Origin: Deltaproteobacteria bacterium | GTDB lineage: Bacteria > Myxococcota_A > Polyangia > Polyangiales > Houyiibacteriaceae | Length of the DNA: 64,000 bases | Assembly: GCA_034670305.1 (NCBI GenBank) | Contig: JAXMNT010000005.1 | Span: forward strand, 192,415 to 256,414 | Direction: 5' to 3' | Shown: positions 39,644 through 51,226 of the stretch, piece by piece | Numbering within the stretch: the stretch's first letter is position 1 | Layout of the letters: each line of letters begins with the position of its first letter | The notes under the pieces: model-generated | The model's input: the letters and a program-made list of their open reading frames with translations, nothing else | The model's database searches: none | Told to the model about the DNA's origin: nothing | Translations under genes and position numbers: made by a program

Positions 39644-40744
39644 TCACCAGCGTTCGTCTTGCGTCGTGTAGGTCGCGCTCGAGACCGGCGCGTCCGCGGC
39701 CTTGGCGGGCAGCGGGAGTCGCCCATCCTTCTCGAGCCGGTCCCGGCCCTCGCCTTTGGCGAACGAGAGCAGCACCAGGTGCTCGTACCAGGGCGCGTCA
39801 AGCAACGCCTGAGCGATCGCGTCGGTACACGACACACTTGAGATCTCGAGACGCCGAAGCGAGGGCATCTCGGCGTTGCGCAAGAACGAGACGAGCGCGG
39901 CTTCCGAGAACTCCCACGGGTTCTGCAGACGAAGGCTCACGAGCTCGGGCAGTGGCCGCTGCGCAAGCCGCTCGAGGTCGGAGTCGTAGAGGTCGAGAGC
40001 AAGGTAGAGATCGCGCATCTTGGAGAAGTCCGCTTCCTCGAAGTAGGGAAGCCAAGCCTTCTCTTTGGCTTTGTACTCAGCCGACCCGAGATGCAGCGAG
40101 CGCAGCTGGGGCGTGAACGGCGCCCGTGCCAAGGCCTTGGTGGTCTTCGGGGAGATGCGGTCTGCGGCGTACAGCAGATCCAGCACCTCCAGGTTCGGCA
40201 GCTTCTGCTCGGCGAGCCACGCGAAGCCCGCGTTCTTGAGGTTGGCCCCTTCGAGCCCGAGGGTACGGACCGCCGCGAAGCGCGCATCGCCGAGGAGCGC
40301 AGAGAGCCCCGATCGATCGATTCTGGCATCGGCGAACCGGACTGAGCTCGGCGCCTCGATGCAGGAATCGAGCAGCGCACCGACGATCTTGGACACCTGT
40401 CGCCGTGGCCACAGTTCGACCGCCCGAACCTGCTGAAGGTGCGGATTGCGCAACACCGACATGATCAGTTTCGGGTCCCCCACCCGGATGTGCAGGTTGC
40501 GCACGAGCCGCAGCGCGGGGGTCGATTCGATTCGTTTGCCAAACGCCCGTGCGATTCCCTCGTCCAAACGGCGTGCGTGCCACGGCAGCTCCTTCGCCGC
40601 CTCCTCGAGCGCTGCCACGGCGGCGTCCGAATCGTCTTCCGCGAGCTGCGTCAGCCGCGTGCGCCATTCTCGGTAGCCTCCACCGTCGCGTTCCGGGTGA
40701 GTGACCGCAAAGAAGCCGCGGGGCCAGGGTGTCCACTTCATCAC
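39644..40744 (-). CDS. Leucine-rich-repeat-like hypothetical protein
   Basis: Repeated LxxLxL units (LPNLEVLDL, PQLRSLHL, LPELVSLRL, MPSLRRLEI). Confidence 0.65.
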   Translation of the reverse strand: MMKWTPWPRGFFAVTHPERDGGGYREWRTRLTQLAEDDSDAAVAALEEAAKELPWHARRLDEGIARAFGKRIESTPALRLVRNLHIRVGDPKLIMSVLRNPHLQQVRAVELWPRRQVSKIVGALLDSCIEAPSSVRFADARIDRSGLSALLGDARFAAVRTLGLEGANLKNAGFAWLAEQKLPNLEVLDLLYAADRISPKTTKALARAPFTPQLRSLHLGSAEYKAKEKAWLPYFEEADFSKMRDLYLALDLYDSDLERLAQRPLPELVSLRLQNPWEFSEAALVSFLRNAEMPSLRRLEISSVSCTDAIAQALLDAPWYEHLVLLSFAKGEGRDRLEKDGRLPLPAKAADAPVSSATYTTQDERW

Positions 40745-40784
40745 CGCATCGGTAGCACGACGGCGGCGAGCCAGGCCCGTCGCG

Positions 40785-42266
40785 TCAGTAGGAGACGTCG
40801 ATGCGGTTTTGGTACACGCCGGGGGTCCAGCCGACGGTGTCCCAGCCTCGGCCGATGCCGGTGGCGGCCAGGGTGACGTGCACTGCCAGCGCGTCGTCGG
40901 AGAGGCGCATGAGTTGCAGTGCGTTCTGGGGCACGCCCCAGCCGGCGGTGGGGGAGGGTTCGGTGCTGGCTTGCGCGGAGAAGTCGATGAGGGTGGTCGA
41001 CGCGACCACCGCGTCGTCCCGGTAGAACTCGATCGTCAGCGGGTCGCCGCGGCGGAGGCGGCCTTCGCAGAGCGTCTCGAAGGGTCCCTTCTCGCCGGTG
41101 GTCGCTTCCACGACCAGGAACCGTTCGTCTTCGGTCATGTAGGCGAAGCGCACCGGGCGCCCCTCGGGGTAGTCGGCGACGAACACCTCGATCGGCGTCT
41201 CGGCGCACGGAGAGAATCCGACCCGCGTGTTCGGGTTCTCACGAGGGTCGCTTGCCACGGCGTTGCGTTCGAATCGGATGTTCGTCCACGTGCTCAGGTG
41301 CGTGAAGACCTCGTGCGCGAGATCGAAGCGCGCGTCGATCCGCACGTCGTTCGACTCCGCGTTGCGGGACACGAAGGTCGTCTCGAGACCGTCGCTCGTG
41401 CGCCACTGCGCTTCGACTTCGTGCGTGCCGAGTCGGCGCGCGATCAGCTCGGCGTCGGTCGCGTGTTGCACATGCCAGGCGAACGCGGTCCAGAACCGAT
41501 CTTCGGAACGGGATTGAAAGCGCAGGTGCGGATCGACGTCGAGCGAGAAGCCGTCCTCCCGGACTCGAAACACTCCGTCGCCTTCGTCCAGCGGATGCGG
41601 CGTGACCGCCGGGCGCGCGGTGCGTCGACGGGTCTGCTCCGGGAGCATCGACGTGTGCGCGTCGTCGCGGCGGAGGACGAGTGGACCGAGGTTCTCCGGA
41701 AGCGGTCGATGCAGCGCCGCGTCGGACGGCAGGGTGGAGGCATCCGGCGCGCGCAGACTCCACACCAGCACGAACGCACTGGCCACGGCGATTGCCGCAA
41801 GCACGCTCCAAGTCAGCCGAGGACGTTCCGGGCGCGCGCGGCGGAGCAACGCCACCGGGGTGAGCGTTGCGAGACCGAGCACCGCGGGCCCGGCCGCGAG
41901 GTACGGATTGCTCGCGCGAAAGAGCGCGAGCAGCAGCACCGAGGTGGCGAGGAACGTCAGCCCCGCGACGAAGAAGACGCCTCGCAGGACGAAGGGCCGG
42001 CGCCGCCAGAGTGCAACGCCCGCCAAGAGGCAGAGGGCGAGCGCGGCCGGCAGGATCTCAAAGCTCCACAGCCGCCAGTGGCCGAACCCGAAGCCGCGCG
42101 GCAGCTTGTCGAACCCGATCCGCACCAGTGCGAGCAGGAGCAGGCCGAACGGTATGCACAGGGCGCACATGGCCCACGAGGGGGACGCAGCCACGTTGTG
42201 GCTGCCCTCTGCTGCGGTGTTTCCCGCAGACGGTTTCACACCGCCGTCCACTGCGGCCTCACCCAC
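40785..42266 (-). CDS. Hypothetical membrane protein
   Basis: About five N-terminal TM helices plus a large soluble domain ending TLAATGIGRGWDTVGWTPGVY. Confidence 0.6.
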   Translation of the reverse strand: MGEAAVDGGVKPSAGNTAAEGSHNVAASPSWAMCALCIPFGLLLLALVRIGFDKLPRGFGFGHWRLWSFEILPAALALCLLAGVALWRRRPFVLRGVFFVAGLTFLATSVLLLALFRASNPYLAAGPAVLGLATLTPVALLRRARPERPRLTWSVLAAIAVASAFVLVWSLRAPDASTLPSDAALHRPLPENLGPLVLRRDDAHTSMLPEQTRRRTARPAVTPHPLDEGDGVFRVREDGFSLDVDPHLRFQSRSEDRFWTAFAWHVQHATDAELIARRLGTHEVEAQWRTSDGLETTFVSRNAESNDVRIDARFDLAHEVFTHLSTWTNIRFERNAVASDPRENPNTRVGFSPCAETPIEVFVADYPEGRPVRFAYMTEDERFLVVEATTGEKGPFETLCEGRLRRGDPLTIEFYRDDAVVASTTLIDFSAQASTEPSPTAGWGVPQNALQLMRLSDDALAVHVTLAATGIGRGWDTVGWTPGVYQNRIDVSY

Positions 42267-42284
42267 GGTCTGGTTCGCGTCCTC

Positions 42285-43121
42285 TCACGTCTCGAGACAA
42301 CCCCGCAACTCGGGGTTCTTGTTCCCCGTCTCCCTCGCCACCGCGCGCTGTCGCCGGGGCCGGGTCAGCAACATCGGGAGCACCACGCCGACCGAACACG
42401 CGGCCGCGATGTGTTTGAGCGAGTGTCCGCTCACGACGCCGTGGGTCCACGCGAACACCGCGTGGTCCAGTTGTTCGCACGCGATGGCGCCGCCGTAGAG
42501 CAGCGCGACCAGCGCGACGTAGCGCCCGTCGATGTAACGAATCACTCCGTCCTTGGAAGGAAAGAGGAGGAACACGATCAGCAGGATCGAGGTGAGCGGC
42601 CAGATCTGCGAGAGCACGAGGTACGCGCCGACGTCGCCGGACAGCGCCCACCAGCCCACGCTCGCGCTTCCGATGAGGAGCAGCGCCGGCAGGCTGCGCA
42701 CCCCGGCGCGCAGGTCGACGCGATCCGCGACCACCGCGCCGAAGAGGGACATGAACGCGAGGGTCATGGTGGCGCGGTCCCAGACCAGCGTCGGGTTGCT
42801 CGGGGCCCAGTGGTAGTAGCCGGAGCCGACGCCGACGAGCGCCACCGCGCCGAAGAAGAAGAGGTACGGCCAGGCGTGCCACCGCTCGTCGAACACCTTC
42901 CTTGCGCGGCCGAACACGATCGAGGTCAGCCCGAGGCAGCCGACGAGCAAGAAGCCGAGGTTGCTGACCACGTCGCCGAAGTTGGGGATCCCGAAGAGCA
43001 CGCGTTGGTCGGCGAAGCCGTGGTAGGCGGCCGGTTGGGCGATGGGCGGCAGGCAGACGAGCACAGCGGCCCAGACGGCGGCCCACAGGACGAGCACGAG
43101 GATCTTGGTGGAGCGAAGCAT
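42285..43121 (-). CDS. Alkaline ceramidase-like (CREST superfamily) membrane hydrolase
   Basis: YHGFADQR..GIPNFGDVVSN, GSGYYH, LVWDR, SGHSLKH. Confidence 0.8.
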   Translation of the reverse strand: MLRSTKILVLVLWAAVWAAVLVCLPPIAQPAAYHGFADQRVLFGIPNFGDVVSNLGFLLVGCLGLTSIVFGRARKVFDERWHAWPYLFFFGAVALVGVGSGYYHWAPSNPTLVWDRATMTLAFMSLFGAVVADRVDLRAGVRSLPALLLIGSASVGWWALSGDVGAYLVLSQIWPLTSILLIVFLLFPSKDGVIRYIDGRYVALVALLYGGAIACEQLDHAVFAWTHGVVSGHSLKHIAAACSVGVVLPMLLTRPRRQRAVARETGNKNPELRGCLET

Positions 43122-43227
43122 CGGCCATTGCATTGCGAGCGCTGTGCCAGGGGGAAGTCCCGCTTTCCCCCTCACCGTTCGGTTCGGTGTCCCAGGCAAC
43201 CGACCCCACATGCACGGGCCGTGTACA

Positions 43228-43767
43228 TCAGATGTGTATGCCGAGCCGCACCAGGGCCTGGCGCATCATCGGCGAAGCACCCCCGCGAAAGAGCTTCGCC
43301 GGCGAGACGACGTGGTCGTGGATCGCCCACTCGTCCCAGCTCCCGGTGTTCCAGACCTTTGTCTGCCCCTTGTCCCGAGACACGGTCCACCACTGCATCT
43401 CGTGGCCACTGCTGGGCGGCGGGGGCGCGTCGTCCACGAAGGGGAAGAGCACCACCGAGTAGGCCAGCGCGACCCCAGGCGCGGCTCCGACGAGGTTGTC
43501 CGACACCTGCCCGAGCCACACGGCCTCGCCGGGCTTCGGGGGCTGCAGCTGCACGCAGTACCCACCAAATGAATCCCGTTTGCGCTCCTGCTCGACCAGG
43601 AACCGGTTGTCGACCTGTGGTTCGACTTGGTCGACCACGTATCGCGCGATGAGCTGGGCCGTGTCGCGGTCGTGGGGCGAAGCCGCGGTGCGGGACCACG
43701 CGAGCTGTTCGATGGAGGTCACGAGCGATCCTCTAACAGGTGTGGTCGCGGGGGCGACCCGGGTCAT
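43228..43767 (-). CDS. Hypothetical protein
   Basis: Protein-like C-terminal part of a long shadow ORF. Start uncertain. Confidence 0.45.
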   Translation of the reverse strand: MTRVAPATTPVRGSLVTSIEQLAWSRTAASPHDRDTAQLIARYVVDQVEPQVDNRFLVEQERKRDSFGGYCVQLQPPKPGEAVWLGQVSDNLVGAAPGVALAYSVVLFPFVDDAPPPPSSGHEMQWWTVSRDKGQTKVWNTGSWDEWAIHDHVVSPAKLFRGGASPMMRQALVRLGIHI

Positions 43768-43854
43768 CCTCGTCGCGAACACCGACCGTGCGTAGGCTCC
43801 TTTGGGTTTGTCCCTTTCGTCGGATACAGTTCGCCCGCTTAGGAGGTTCCCGCC

Positions 43855-45366
<1,512 letters not shown>

Positions 45367-45387
45367 CCGACGTTCGTCGGGTAGACC

Positions 45388-45421
45388 GAGACGCCGCGTT
45401 CCATCAGGAGCGCGGCGTTTC
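45388..45421 (+). terminator. Intrinsic-terminator-like hairpin
   Basis: gagacgccgcgttcc-atca-ggagcgcggcgtttc after the stop at 45366. Confidence 0.55.
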
Positions 45422-45429
45422 TCATGCCA

Positions 45430-45700
45430 GGGCCGCCAGTCTCGCGAAGCGAGCCAGGCCACCTCACAGCGCCGACGAGTCAGGCGGCTCCGTGCGTGCA
45501 CCTGCGCAGGCCGCAGGCCGAGCAACTGGTGCACTCCCCAATCGATCCCAGAGCGCCTCAAGGAGCGCCTGGACGCGCGCAGCCGCCAGTGGTTTCAAGC
45601 GCTCCTTCATCCCTCAGTGGTTGGGCGGCGAGCACGTGCAGGCGCGACGGGCGCGACTTAGGGCCGCCAGTCTCGCGAAGCGAGCCAGGCCCGTAGTGGC
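45430..45700. repeat. Full-length modular REP-like element (A-B-spacer-A)
   Basis: Close inverted copy at ~50947-51226 and a diverged copy at ~58082-58372. Confidence 0.88.
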
Positions 45701-45728
45701 CAGAAAAAAGGTATGCTCCCGGCCCGCC

Positions 45729-47039
45729 ATGCCTCGATCTCCACTCGATGAAGCACATGCGGCGCGCTGCGCCGACGACGTCCCCGGTGCGCTGCGGGGC
45801 TGCATCGCGCTCCTCGACGCCGACCCGAACCAGCTCGGTGCCGCGCTGCTCGCAGCCGACCTGCTGATCCAGAACGATCGACCCTTCGTCGCGACCGAGG
45901 TCGCGCTGCGTTTGGTCGACGCGTTCGTGCGGCGCGGCGACCTGCCGCAGGCTGTGGTGGCGGCGTCCGTGGCCGAAGACGGGGGCGAGGACGGCGACGC
46001 GCTCCGGGCCGGCATCGCGAAGGTCTTTGGCAAGGGCTCGAAGCGGCTCGCCGACGTGGCACCGACACCCCCTCCGCTTCCACCGGAGGTGGCGCTCGGG
46101 CCGCTCGCGAAGTTGAAGGGCGACGCGCTCTGGGACCGGGCCGAGGCGGCCATCCAGAAGTACCTGGCCACCGACGACGCCATCGCGGCGGATCAGCCAG
46201 TGCCGGTATTGCCACTTTTTGCCGACCTGCCTCCGAAGGCGCTCGGCGACTTCCTCAACGCGCTCGAGTTGCAGGACTGTGGTCCCGGCGACGAGATCGT
46301 CACGCAGGGCGAAGAAGGCCGCGAGGCGTTCGTGGTCGCGCGGGGCATGTGCCGCGTCGTGCGCCGGGCCGAAGAAGGCGAGAAGGAACTGGTGCTCGCC
46401 GGCCTCGGACCGGGTGCGATCTTCGGGGAGATGGCGCTCGTCAGCGAAGCACCGCGCGCCGCGGCGGTCGAAGCCGGCGAACCGTGCACGCTCTTGGTGG
46501 TCTCGCGGGAAGCGCTCGAGAAGACCGCGGCCAAGGTGCCGGTGGTCGGCGAAGCCCTCTCTCGCTTCTGCCGGCAGCGCATGTTGTCGAACCTGGTTCG
46601 GCACAGCGCGATCCTCGGCGCGGTGGATGCGAGCGAACGGCTCGACCTCGTCCAGCGTTTCGAGACGGCCCACTTCGAACCGGGCGACGCCTTGCTCGTG
46701 GAAGGGGAAGAAGGCGTGGGCCTCTTTCTCATCGCGTCCGGTCTCGTCGAGGTGGTGGGCCAAGACAGCGACGGAGACGAGCTGCGCATCACCGAACTCG
46801 GACCGGGCGATGTGGTCGGCGAGATCTCGCTGGTGCTGCGGCGTCCAGCCAACGCGACGGTTCGCGCGGTGCATCTGACGGTGGCGCTCTGCCTCGCGCG
46901 GGACGAGTTCCACAAAGCGATCAAGCAGCACCCGGAGCTGCTCGGCGAACTCTACGAGACCGCCACCCAGCGCGACGAAGAGACCCGTTCGGTCGTCGCG
47001 CAAGAAGCGCTCGACGTCGAAGACATCGTGCTCTTGTAG
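45729..47039 (+). CDS. Protein with two cyclic-nucleotide-binding domains
   Basis: QGEEGREAFVVARG...GAIFGEMAL...PRAAAV and EGEEGVGLFLIASG...GDVVGEISL...ANATV. Helical N-terminus. Confidence 0.88.
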   Translation: MPRSPLDEAHAARCADDVPGALRGCIALLDADPNQLGAALLAADLLIQNDRPFVATEVALRLVDAFVRRGDLPQAVVAASVAEDGGEDGDALRAGIAKVFGKGSKRLADVAPTPPPLPPEVALGPLAKLKGDALWDRAEAAIQKYLATDDAIAADQPVPVLPLFADLPPKALGDFLNALELQDCGPGDEIVTQGEEGREAFVVARGMCRVVRRAEEGEKELVLAGLGPGAIFGEMALVSEAPRAAAVEAGEPCTLLVVSREALEKTAAKVPVVGEALSRFCRQRMLSNLVRHSAILGAVDASERLDLVQRFETAHFEPGDALLVEGEEGVGLFLIASGLVEVVGQDSDGDELRITELGPGDVVGEISLVLRRPANATVRAVHLTVALCLARDEFHKAIKQHPELLGELYETATQRDEETRSVVAQEALDVEDIVLL

Positions 47040-47050
47040 AACCTGGCTAG

Positions 47051-47205
47051 CAGGCTGCTGAAGAACGCCCGCAGGGCGTTCTCGCAGCCTGCCCCTTGCC
47101 CCTGCCCTTGCCTTTGCCCTTGCCCGCGGATCAGCGGTCAGATCGCTTGATCATCGCGACGAGCATCGCGACGACCTGCTCAAGGTGGGCGAGAGCCGTT
47201 CGATA
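47051..47205. repeat. ~155-bp duplicated unit: IS5-end-like hairpin + (GCCCTT)n + 3' end of a four-helix-bundle gene
   Basis: Nearly identical to 63766-63921. Hairpin caggctgctgaagaacgccc-gca-gggcgttctcgcagcctg. Confidence 0.88.
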
Positions 47206-47330
47206 TCGGGCCTCGATGCCTCGGCCCGACGGTCCGTGATTTCGAGCCAGGAGACGACCTCGATCGCGGAGCGCCGGGCCATCCGATAGAAGCGGGCCTT
47301 CTCCTTGGGACTGCGACGCTCGGCGTACGA
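47131..47330 (-). pseudogene. Four-helix-bundle protein (IVP/TIGR02436-like) 3' remnant, frameshifted
   Basis: AERRSPKEKARFYRMARRSAIEVVSWLEI...IER/LAHLEQVVAMLVAMIKRSDR*. One base is missing at ~47195 relative to the copy at ~63910. Confidence 0.7.
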
Positions 47331-47332
47331 CA

Positions 47333-47503
47333 CGGCACGCCGGCTACGCAGCGCATCTGGATGCGCATCGAGACGATCTTCGGATGGCTCAAGAGCGTCG
47401 GGGGACTCAGACGCACGCGATATCGAGGCAGACGCAAGACACAGTTCGCCGCCTACCTGGCCGGCGCCGCATACAACCTCCTACGCGTCGCGCGGCTGCG
47501 GAG
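47333..47503 (+). pseudogene. IS5/IS1182-like DDE transposase C-terminal remnant
   Basis: RHAGY / RIETIFGWLKSVGGLRRTRYRG...AGAAYNLLRVARL. No N-terminal part, and a frame break after RHAGY. Confidence 0.75.
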
Positions 47504-47567
47504 CTGCGCCGCGTGGCACCGACCGATTCGCGGCCTCGCCGTCGCGAAACACACGGCGTCCACGACG

Positions 47568-47604
47568 CGGGCAAGGGCACGGGCACGGGCACGGGCACGG
47601 GGGC
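47568..47604. repeat. (GGGCAC/GGGCAA)n hexamer tract
   Basis: gggcaagggcacgggcacgggcacgggcacggggg, inverted relative to the tract at 47092-47125. Confidence 0.8.
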
Positions 47605-47625
47605 AGGTCGCCTTTGGCTCCCTGC

Positions 47626-49188
47626 CTAGCGCGGGTCGACGGGGGTGACCGGGAAGTCTTCGCGCTTCTTTGCGCCGGCTTCGATGCCGGCCATCGCGGC
47701 GAGGACTTGGTCTTCGCGCCAGGGGCGGCCGACGACTTGGATGCCGACCGGCAGACCGGCGCTGGCGAGTTCGATGGCGGCGGCGCGTTTGTCGAGTCGG
47801 TCGTTCAGGGTGCTGCGGTCGGTCTCGTCGGGGCGGACGCGGGTGACGGGCACGACGCCGGCCGGGAAGTCGAGGATGTTGTAGCGGGCCAGATCGCAGA
47901 ACCCGAGTGTGAAGTCGTGCGCCATGCCGATGGGGGCGGCGGTGGTCATGTACGCGGGCGCGAGCAGCACGTCGATGCCGGCGAGATCCCAGGCGCGCAG
48001 CACTTCGCTGCGAAGTTCCGTGCGCCGGTTCACGAGCGTCCAGAAGAGCTTCACCCGTTTCTCGCCGAGCGAGAGCAGCATGCCTTCGAGGCGCTTCTCG
48101 CCCATCAGGCCGAGCGCTTTGGCGAGTCCTTTGCGGGCCTGAGCCGGCATGCGCGCGATGCGCCCGAGCGTGCGAAGCGGTGCAATGAACCCTTCTCCGT
48201 CGAGCGCCTCCCAGAGCGTGGCGGTGCCATCGGCGGTGAGCCCAGAGAAGTAGAGGTGCACGAGCTCCTCGACACTCGGCGGGGTGAACCGCTCCACGGC
48301 GCAGCCGGCGGCTTCGAGCAGCTCGGCCGCAACCCGCACGCCGCGGCGCATCGACGCAGCGGGCGTGAAGTAGCCGTCGTCTTCGTAGTAGCCGACGCGG
48401 AGCCCGGCGAGGTCGACTTCGGCCGGATCGCCGATGGGCAACGGAGGCACGAGCGGATCGAGCGCGGCGTGTTTCGGGGTGTCGAGGGTGCGCAGCAAGA
48501 GCGTGAGGTCGGCGACCGAACGGGCGAGCGGGCCGCACTGAGCGCGCACGTGTTCCTGCCCTTTGAGAACGCCCTGGGAGCCCACGTTCGACCACCGGCT
48601 GTTGGTGGGTTTGATGCCGCAGATGCCGCAGAACGAAGCCGGCGTTCGGATCGAACCGCCGATGTCGGTGCCGACGCCGGCGACGCTCATGCCCGCTGCG
48701 ATCGCGGCTCCTTCGCCGCCGCTCGAGCCGCCCGGTCCATGGCCATGGCGCCACGGGTTGTGGGTGGTGCCGAAGAGCGCGTTGGTGGACTCCATCGGCG
48801 AGAGCAAGGTCTGCGGTACGTTGGTCTTGCCGAGCACGAGCGCGCCGGCTTCGCGGGCGAGCTGCACGACCACGGCGTCGCGGTCGGCCATCGCGTCTTT
48901 GCGTGCGCGCATGCCGAGCGTCGAGGGCAGGCCGCGGGTGTCGAGGTTCTCTTTGATCGTGAGCGGCAATCCATGAAGCGGAGGCAGCGGCTCTCCGTCC
49001 CGGCGCAGGGCATCGGCGCGCTCGGCCTCGACGAGCACTTGGGTCCGCAGTTGGTGGGCGAACGCACCCACCCGGGGTTCGCATTCGTCGGCGCGCGCGT
49101 GCAGCGCCCGGACGAGCTCGACCGCACTCACGTCGCCGCTGTGGAGCATGGGCAGGAGTTCGGTCGCGGTGAGGGTGTGCAGGGCCAT
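47626..49188 (-). CDS. Amidase signature enzyme (FAAH-like)
   Basis: GLPLTIKE, GKTNVP, PGGSSGGE, GTDIGGSIRTPA, GLPVGIQVVG. Confidence 0.9.
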   Translation of the reverse strand: MALHTLTATELLPMLHSGDVSAVELVRALHARADECEPRVGAFAHQLRTQVLVEAERADALRRDGEPLPPLHGLPLTIKENLDTRGLPSTLGMRARKDAMADRDAVVVQLAREAGALVLGKTNVPQTLLSPMESTNALFGTTHNPWRHGHGPGGSSGGEGAAIAAGMSVAGVGTDIGGSIRTPASFCGICGIKPTNSRWSNVGSQGVLKGQEHVRAQCGPLARSVADLTLLLRTLDTPKHAALDPLVPPLPIGDPAEVDLAGLRVGYYEDDGYFTPAASMRRGVRVAAELLEAAGCAVERFTPPSVEELVHLYFSGLTADGTATLWEALDGEGFIAPLRTLGRIARMPAQARKGLAKALGLMGEKRLEGMLLSLGEKRVKLFWTLVNRRTELRSEVLRAWDLAGIDVLLAPAYMTTAAPIGMAHDFTLGFCDLARYNILDFPAGVVPVTRVRPDETDRSTLNDRLDKRAAAIELASAGLPVGIQVVGRPWREDQVLAAMAGIEAGAKKREDFPVTPVDPR

Positions 49189-49273
49189 GGCCTCACTCCT
49201 GCCGGCCCACGGCGGATCCGTCAACTGCTCGCGGCCGCCCCGCACCCACGGAGAAGCACCGCATGGAAGTCGT

Positions 49274-50062
49274 TCAGCGAAGCAGCAGGCTGATCGCCGC
49301 CGCGATCAACAGGAAGAAGATCCCAATGCGGAATCGATCTTCGTCGACGCGGTGGTGCAACCATTCACCGAGCACGATGCCGAGCGGAAGGGCGGGAAGC
49401 AGCACGAGCGACTGCCATGCGACCGTGGCGTCGTAGCGGCCGTCGAGTACGAAGCCGACCACGAGGGCGACGTTGAGCACCCACCAGACGCCCGCGAGGG
49501 TGCTGCGGAAGGCATGTTTGTCGAGCCCCTCTTTGCCCAGCGCGTAGACCAAGAGCGGTCCGCCGGTCGCGAACACGCCGTGTACGACGCCGGCGCCGAA
49601 CATCGCGCTGATCGATGCGGCCGGATGCATCCCTCCTGCCGGTTCCGGAGACGCGCCGTCGATCTTTGTGTCGGCGGCGGGCTTCTTGGATCCGAACTTG
49701 GCCCAGAGTTCGCGAATGGAGAGCAGCAGGATCAATCCGCCGAAGCCGCGCCGAAGAAAGGCGGGCGCCATGTCGGCGAAGACGAAGTAGCCGAGCGCCA
49801 TGCCGGCGGCCATGAGTGGCAGGATGCGCCGGAGCAGGAGCGGCCAACGGACCCCATCGTGGTGGCGGACCAAGATGTAGGTCGTCTGCAGGATGGAGAG
49901 GGGCACCGCCAGCGCGAGCAGGATCGGGATGGGCAAGAGGTGTGCGCCCAGGGTGACGGCCACCAGCATGCTGCCGAAGCCGGACACCGTCTGTACCGTG
50001 TAACTGGCGAGCACCACCAACCCGAAGAGGAGGAGCGCAGGTTCGAACAAGCCATCCGGCAC
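49274..50062 (-). CDS. TauE/SafE sulfite-exporter family membrane protein
   Basis: QTVSGFGS, GVFATGGP, FRSTL, about eight TM helices. Confidence 0.85.
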   Translation of the reverse strand: MPDGLFEPALLLFGLVVLASYTVQTVSGFGSMLVAVTLGAHLLPIPILLALAVPLSILQTTYILVRHHDGVRWPLLLRRILPLMAAGMALGYFVFADMAPAFLRRGFGGLILLLSIRELWAKFGSKKPAADTKIDGASPEPAGGMHPAASISAMFGAGVVHGVFATGGPLLVYALGKEGLDKHAFRSTLAGVWWVLNVALVVGFVLDGRYDATVAWQSLVLLPALPLGIVLGEWLHHRVDEDRFRIGIFFLLIAAAISLLLR

Positions 50063-50298
50063 GCGCCGCCGTAGCAGGGCGGCCCTTGGCTGGCGAGTGG
50101 TGGCCGATCAACGGTTGAGAAGTGGCCGCCGATGGAACCGTGAAGTCAAGAAACCCGGCGCCACCGACGACCACCGCCACTGTACGCTGCTCGGCCGGTT
50201 CGTGGGGTCTCTTGGCCGTTGTGTAGGCCTGTGTAGGAGTCGCCCGGTGGCCGCACCGAAGGGTTGACCGGCGCCCAGAGACTGCGAGACGGTAAGTC

Positions 50299-50946
50299 AT
50301 GCGAACCCTTCTGTTGGTCTCCATCGTCTGTTCGGCCTTGCTCCCCAACCTCGCGAGCGCTCAGCGCAACGACCCGGGCTGGGTCGAGAATGTGCCGACC
50401 AGCGACCGCGAGTACGATCCGGACGCCAACCGCGTGATGCTCTACTTCATCGGAGAGTTCCTCGGCCAGGGCAAATTCCGCAGTGATCTCGGGGATGCCG
50501 AAGGCGACATGGACGCAACCTTGGGCATGGGCACCCGGGTCGAGTTCCCGATCAGCCAGTTCCTCGCCATCGGCGGTGGCGTCGAGTTCGTCTCGTTCAA
50601 GGGCGACGACATCGACCGCGACGGGGACTTCGACCTCGACATCATCGGCTCCGTCAAAGGCCGCTACGTCATCCACCTGACCGAATCGATCGACCTCGAA
50701 GCGTTCGGCGCCTTGCTCTTCGGCTTCAGCGCGTTCTTCGGCGACGGCGGAAGCATCAACGACTCCCTCTACGGCTTCAACCTCGGCTTCATGGGCGGCG
50801 CGGCTTTGATGATCGGCCGCATCGGCATTCTCACCGAGCTCGGCATCCGTCACCGCCGCGTCTACGGCGACGAGCCCGGCCTCGGCGACTTCAGCTTCGC
50901 CATCAGCCAGTTCGCGATGCACATCGGCGGCGTCTACACTTTCTGA
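50299..50946 (+). CDS. Small outer-membrane beta-barrel protein
   Basis: Signal peptide, amphipathic Gly/aromatic strands, terminal YTF. Confidence 0.7.
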   Translation: MRTLLLVSIVCSALLPNLASAQRNDPGWVENVPTSDREYDPDANRVMLYFIGEFLGQGKFRSDLGDAEGDMDATLGMGTRVEFPISQFLAIGGGVEFVSFKGDDIDRDGDFDLDIIGSVKGRYVIHLTESIDLEAFGALLFGFSAFFGDGGSINDSLYGFNLGFMGGAALMIGRIGILTELGIRHRRVYGDEPGLGDFSFAISQFAMHIGGVYTF

Positions 50947-51226
50947 TTGGCACTACGGGCCTGGCTCGCTTCGCTCGACTGGCGGCCCTAATTCGCGCCC
51001 GTCGCACCTGCACGTGCTCGCCGCCCGATCGATTGGTGCAGTGAAGAAGCGCTTTGACGCAGTTGGCGGCTGCGCGCGTCCAGGCGCTCCTTGAGGCGCT
51101 CTCGGGGATCGATTGAGGAGTGCACCAGTTGCTCGGCCTGCGGCCTGCGCAGGTGCACGCACGGTGAGCACCTTCTCGCGGGCGTCCTCTCGTGGCCTGG
51201 CTCGCTTCGCGAGACTGGCGGCCCTA
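50947..51226. repeat. Inverted full-length REP-like element
   Basis: Reverse complement of 45430-45700. Fills the gap between two convergent stop codons. Confidence 0.88.

Noticed and set aside
40701-43652. 983-aa plus-strand ORF
   Set aside because: Shadow of three minus-strand genes, with Arg/Ala-rich non-protein-like composition.
47131-47330. Diversity-generating retroelement (Avd-like four-helix bundle)
   Set aside because: No reverse transcriptase and no TR/VR pair with adenine-specific mismatches. Differences between the NIDO paralogs are not A-restricted.
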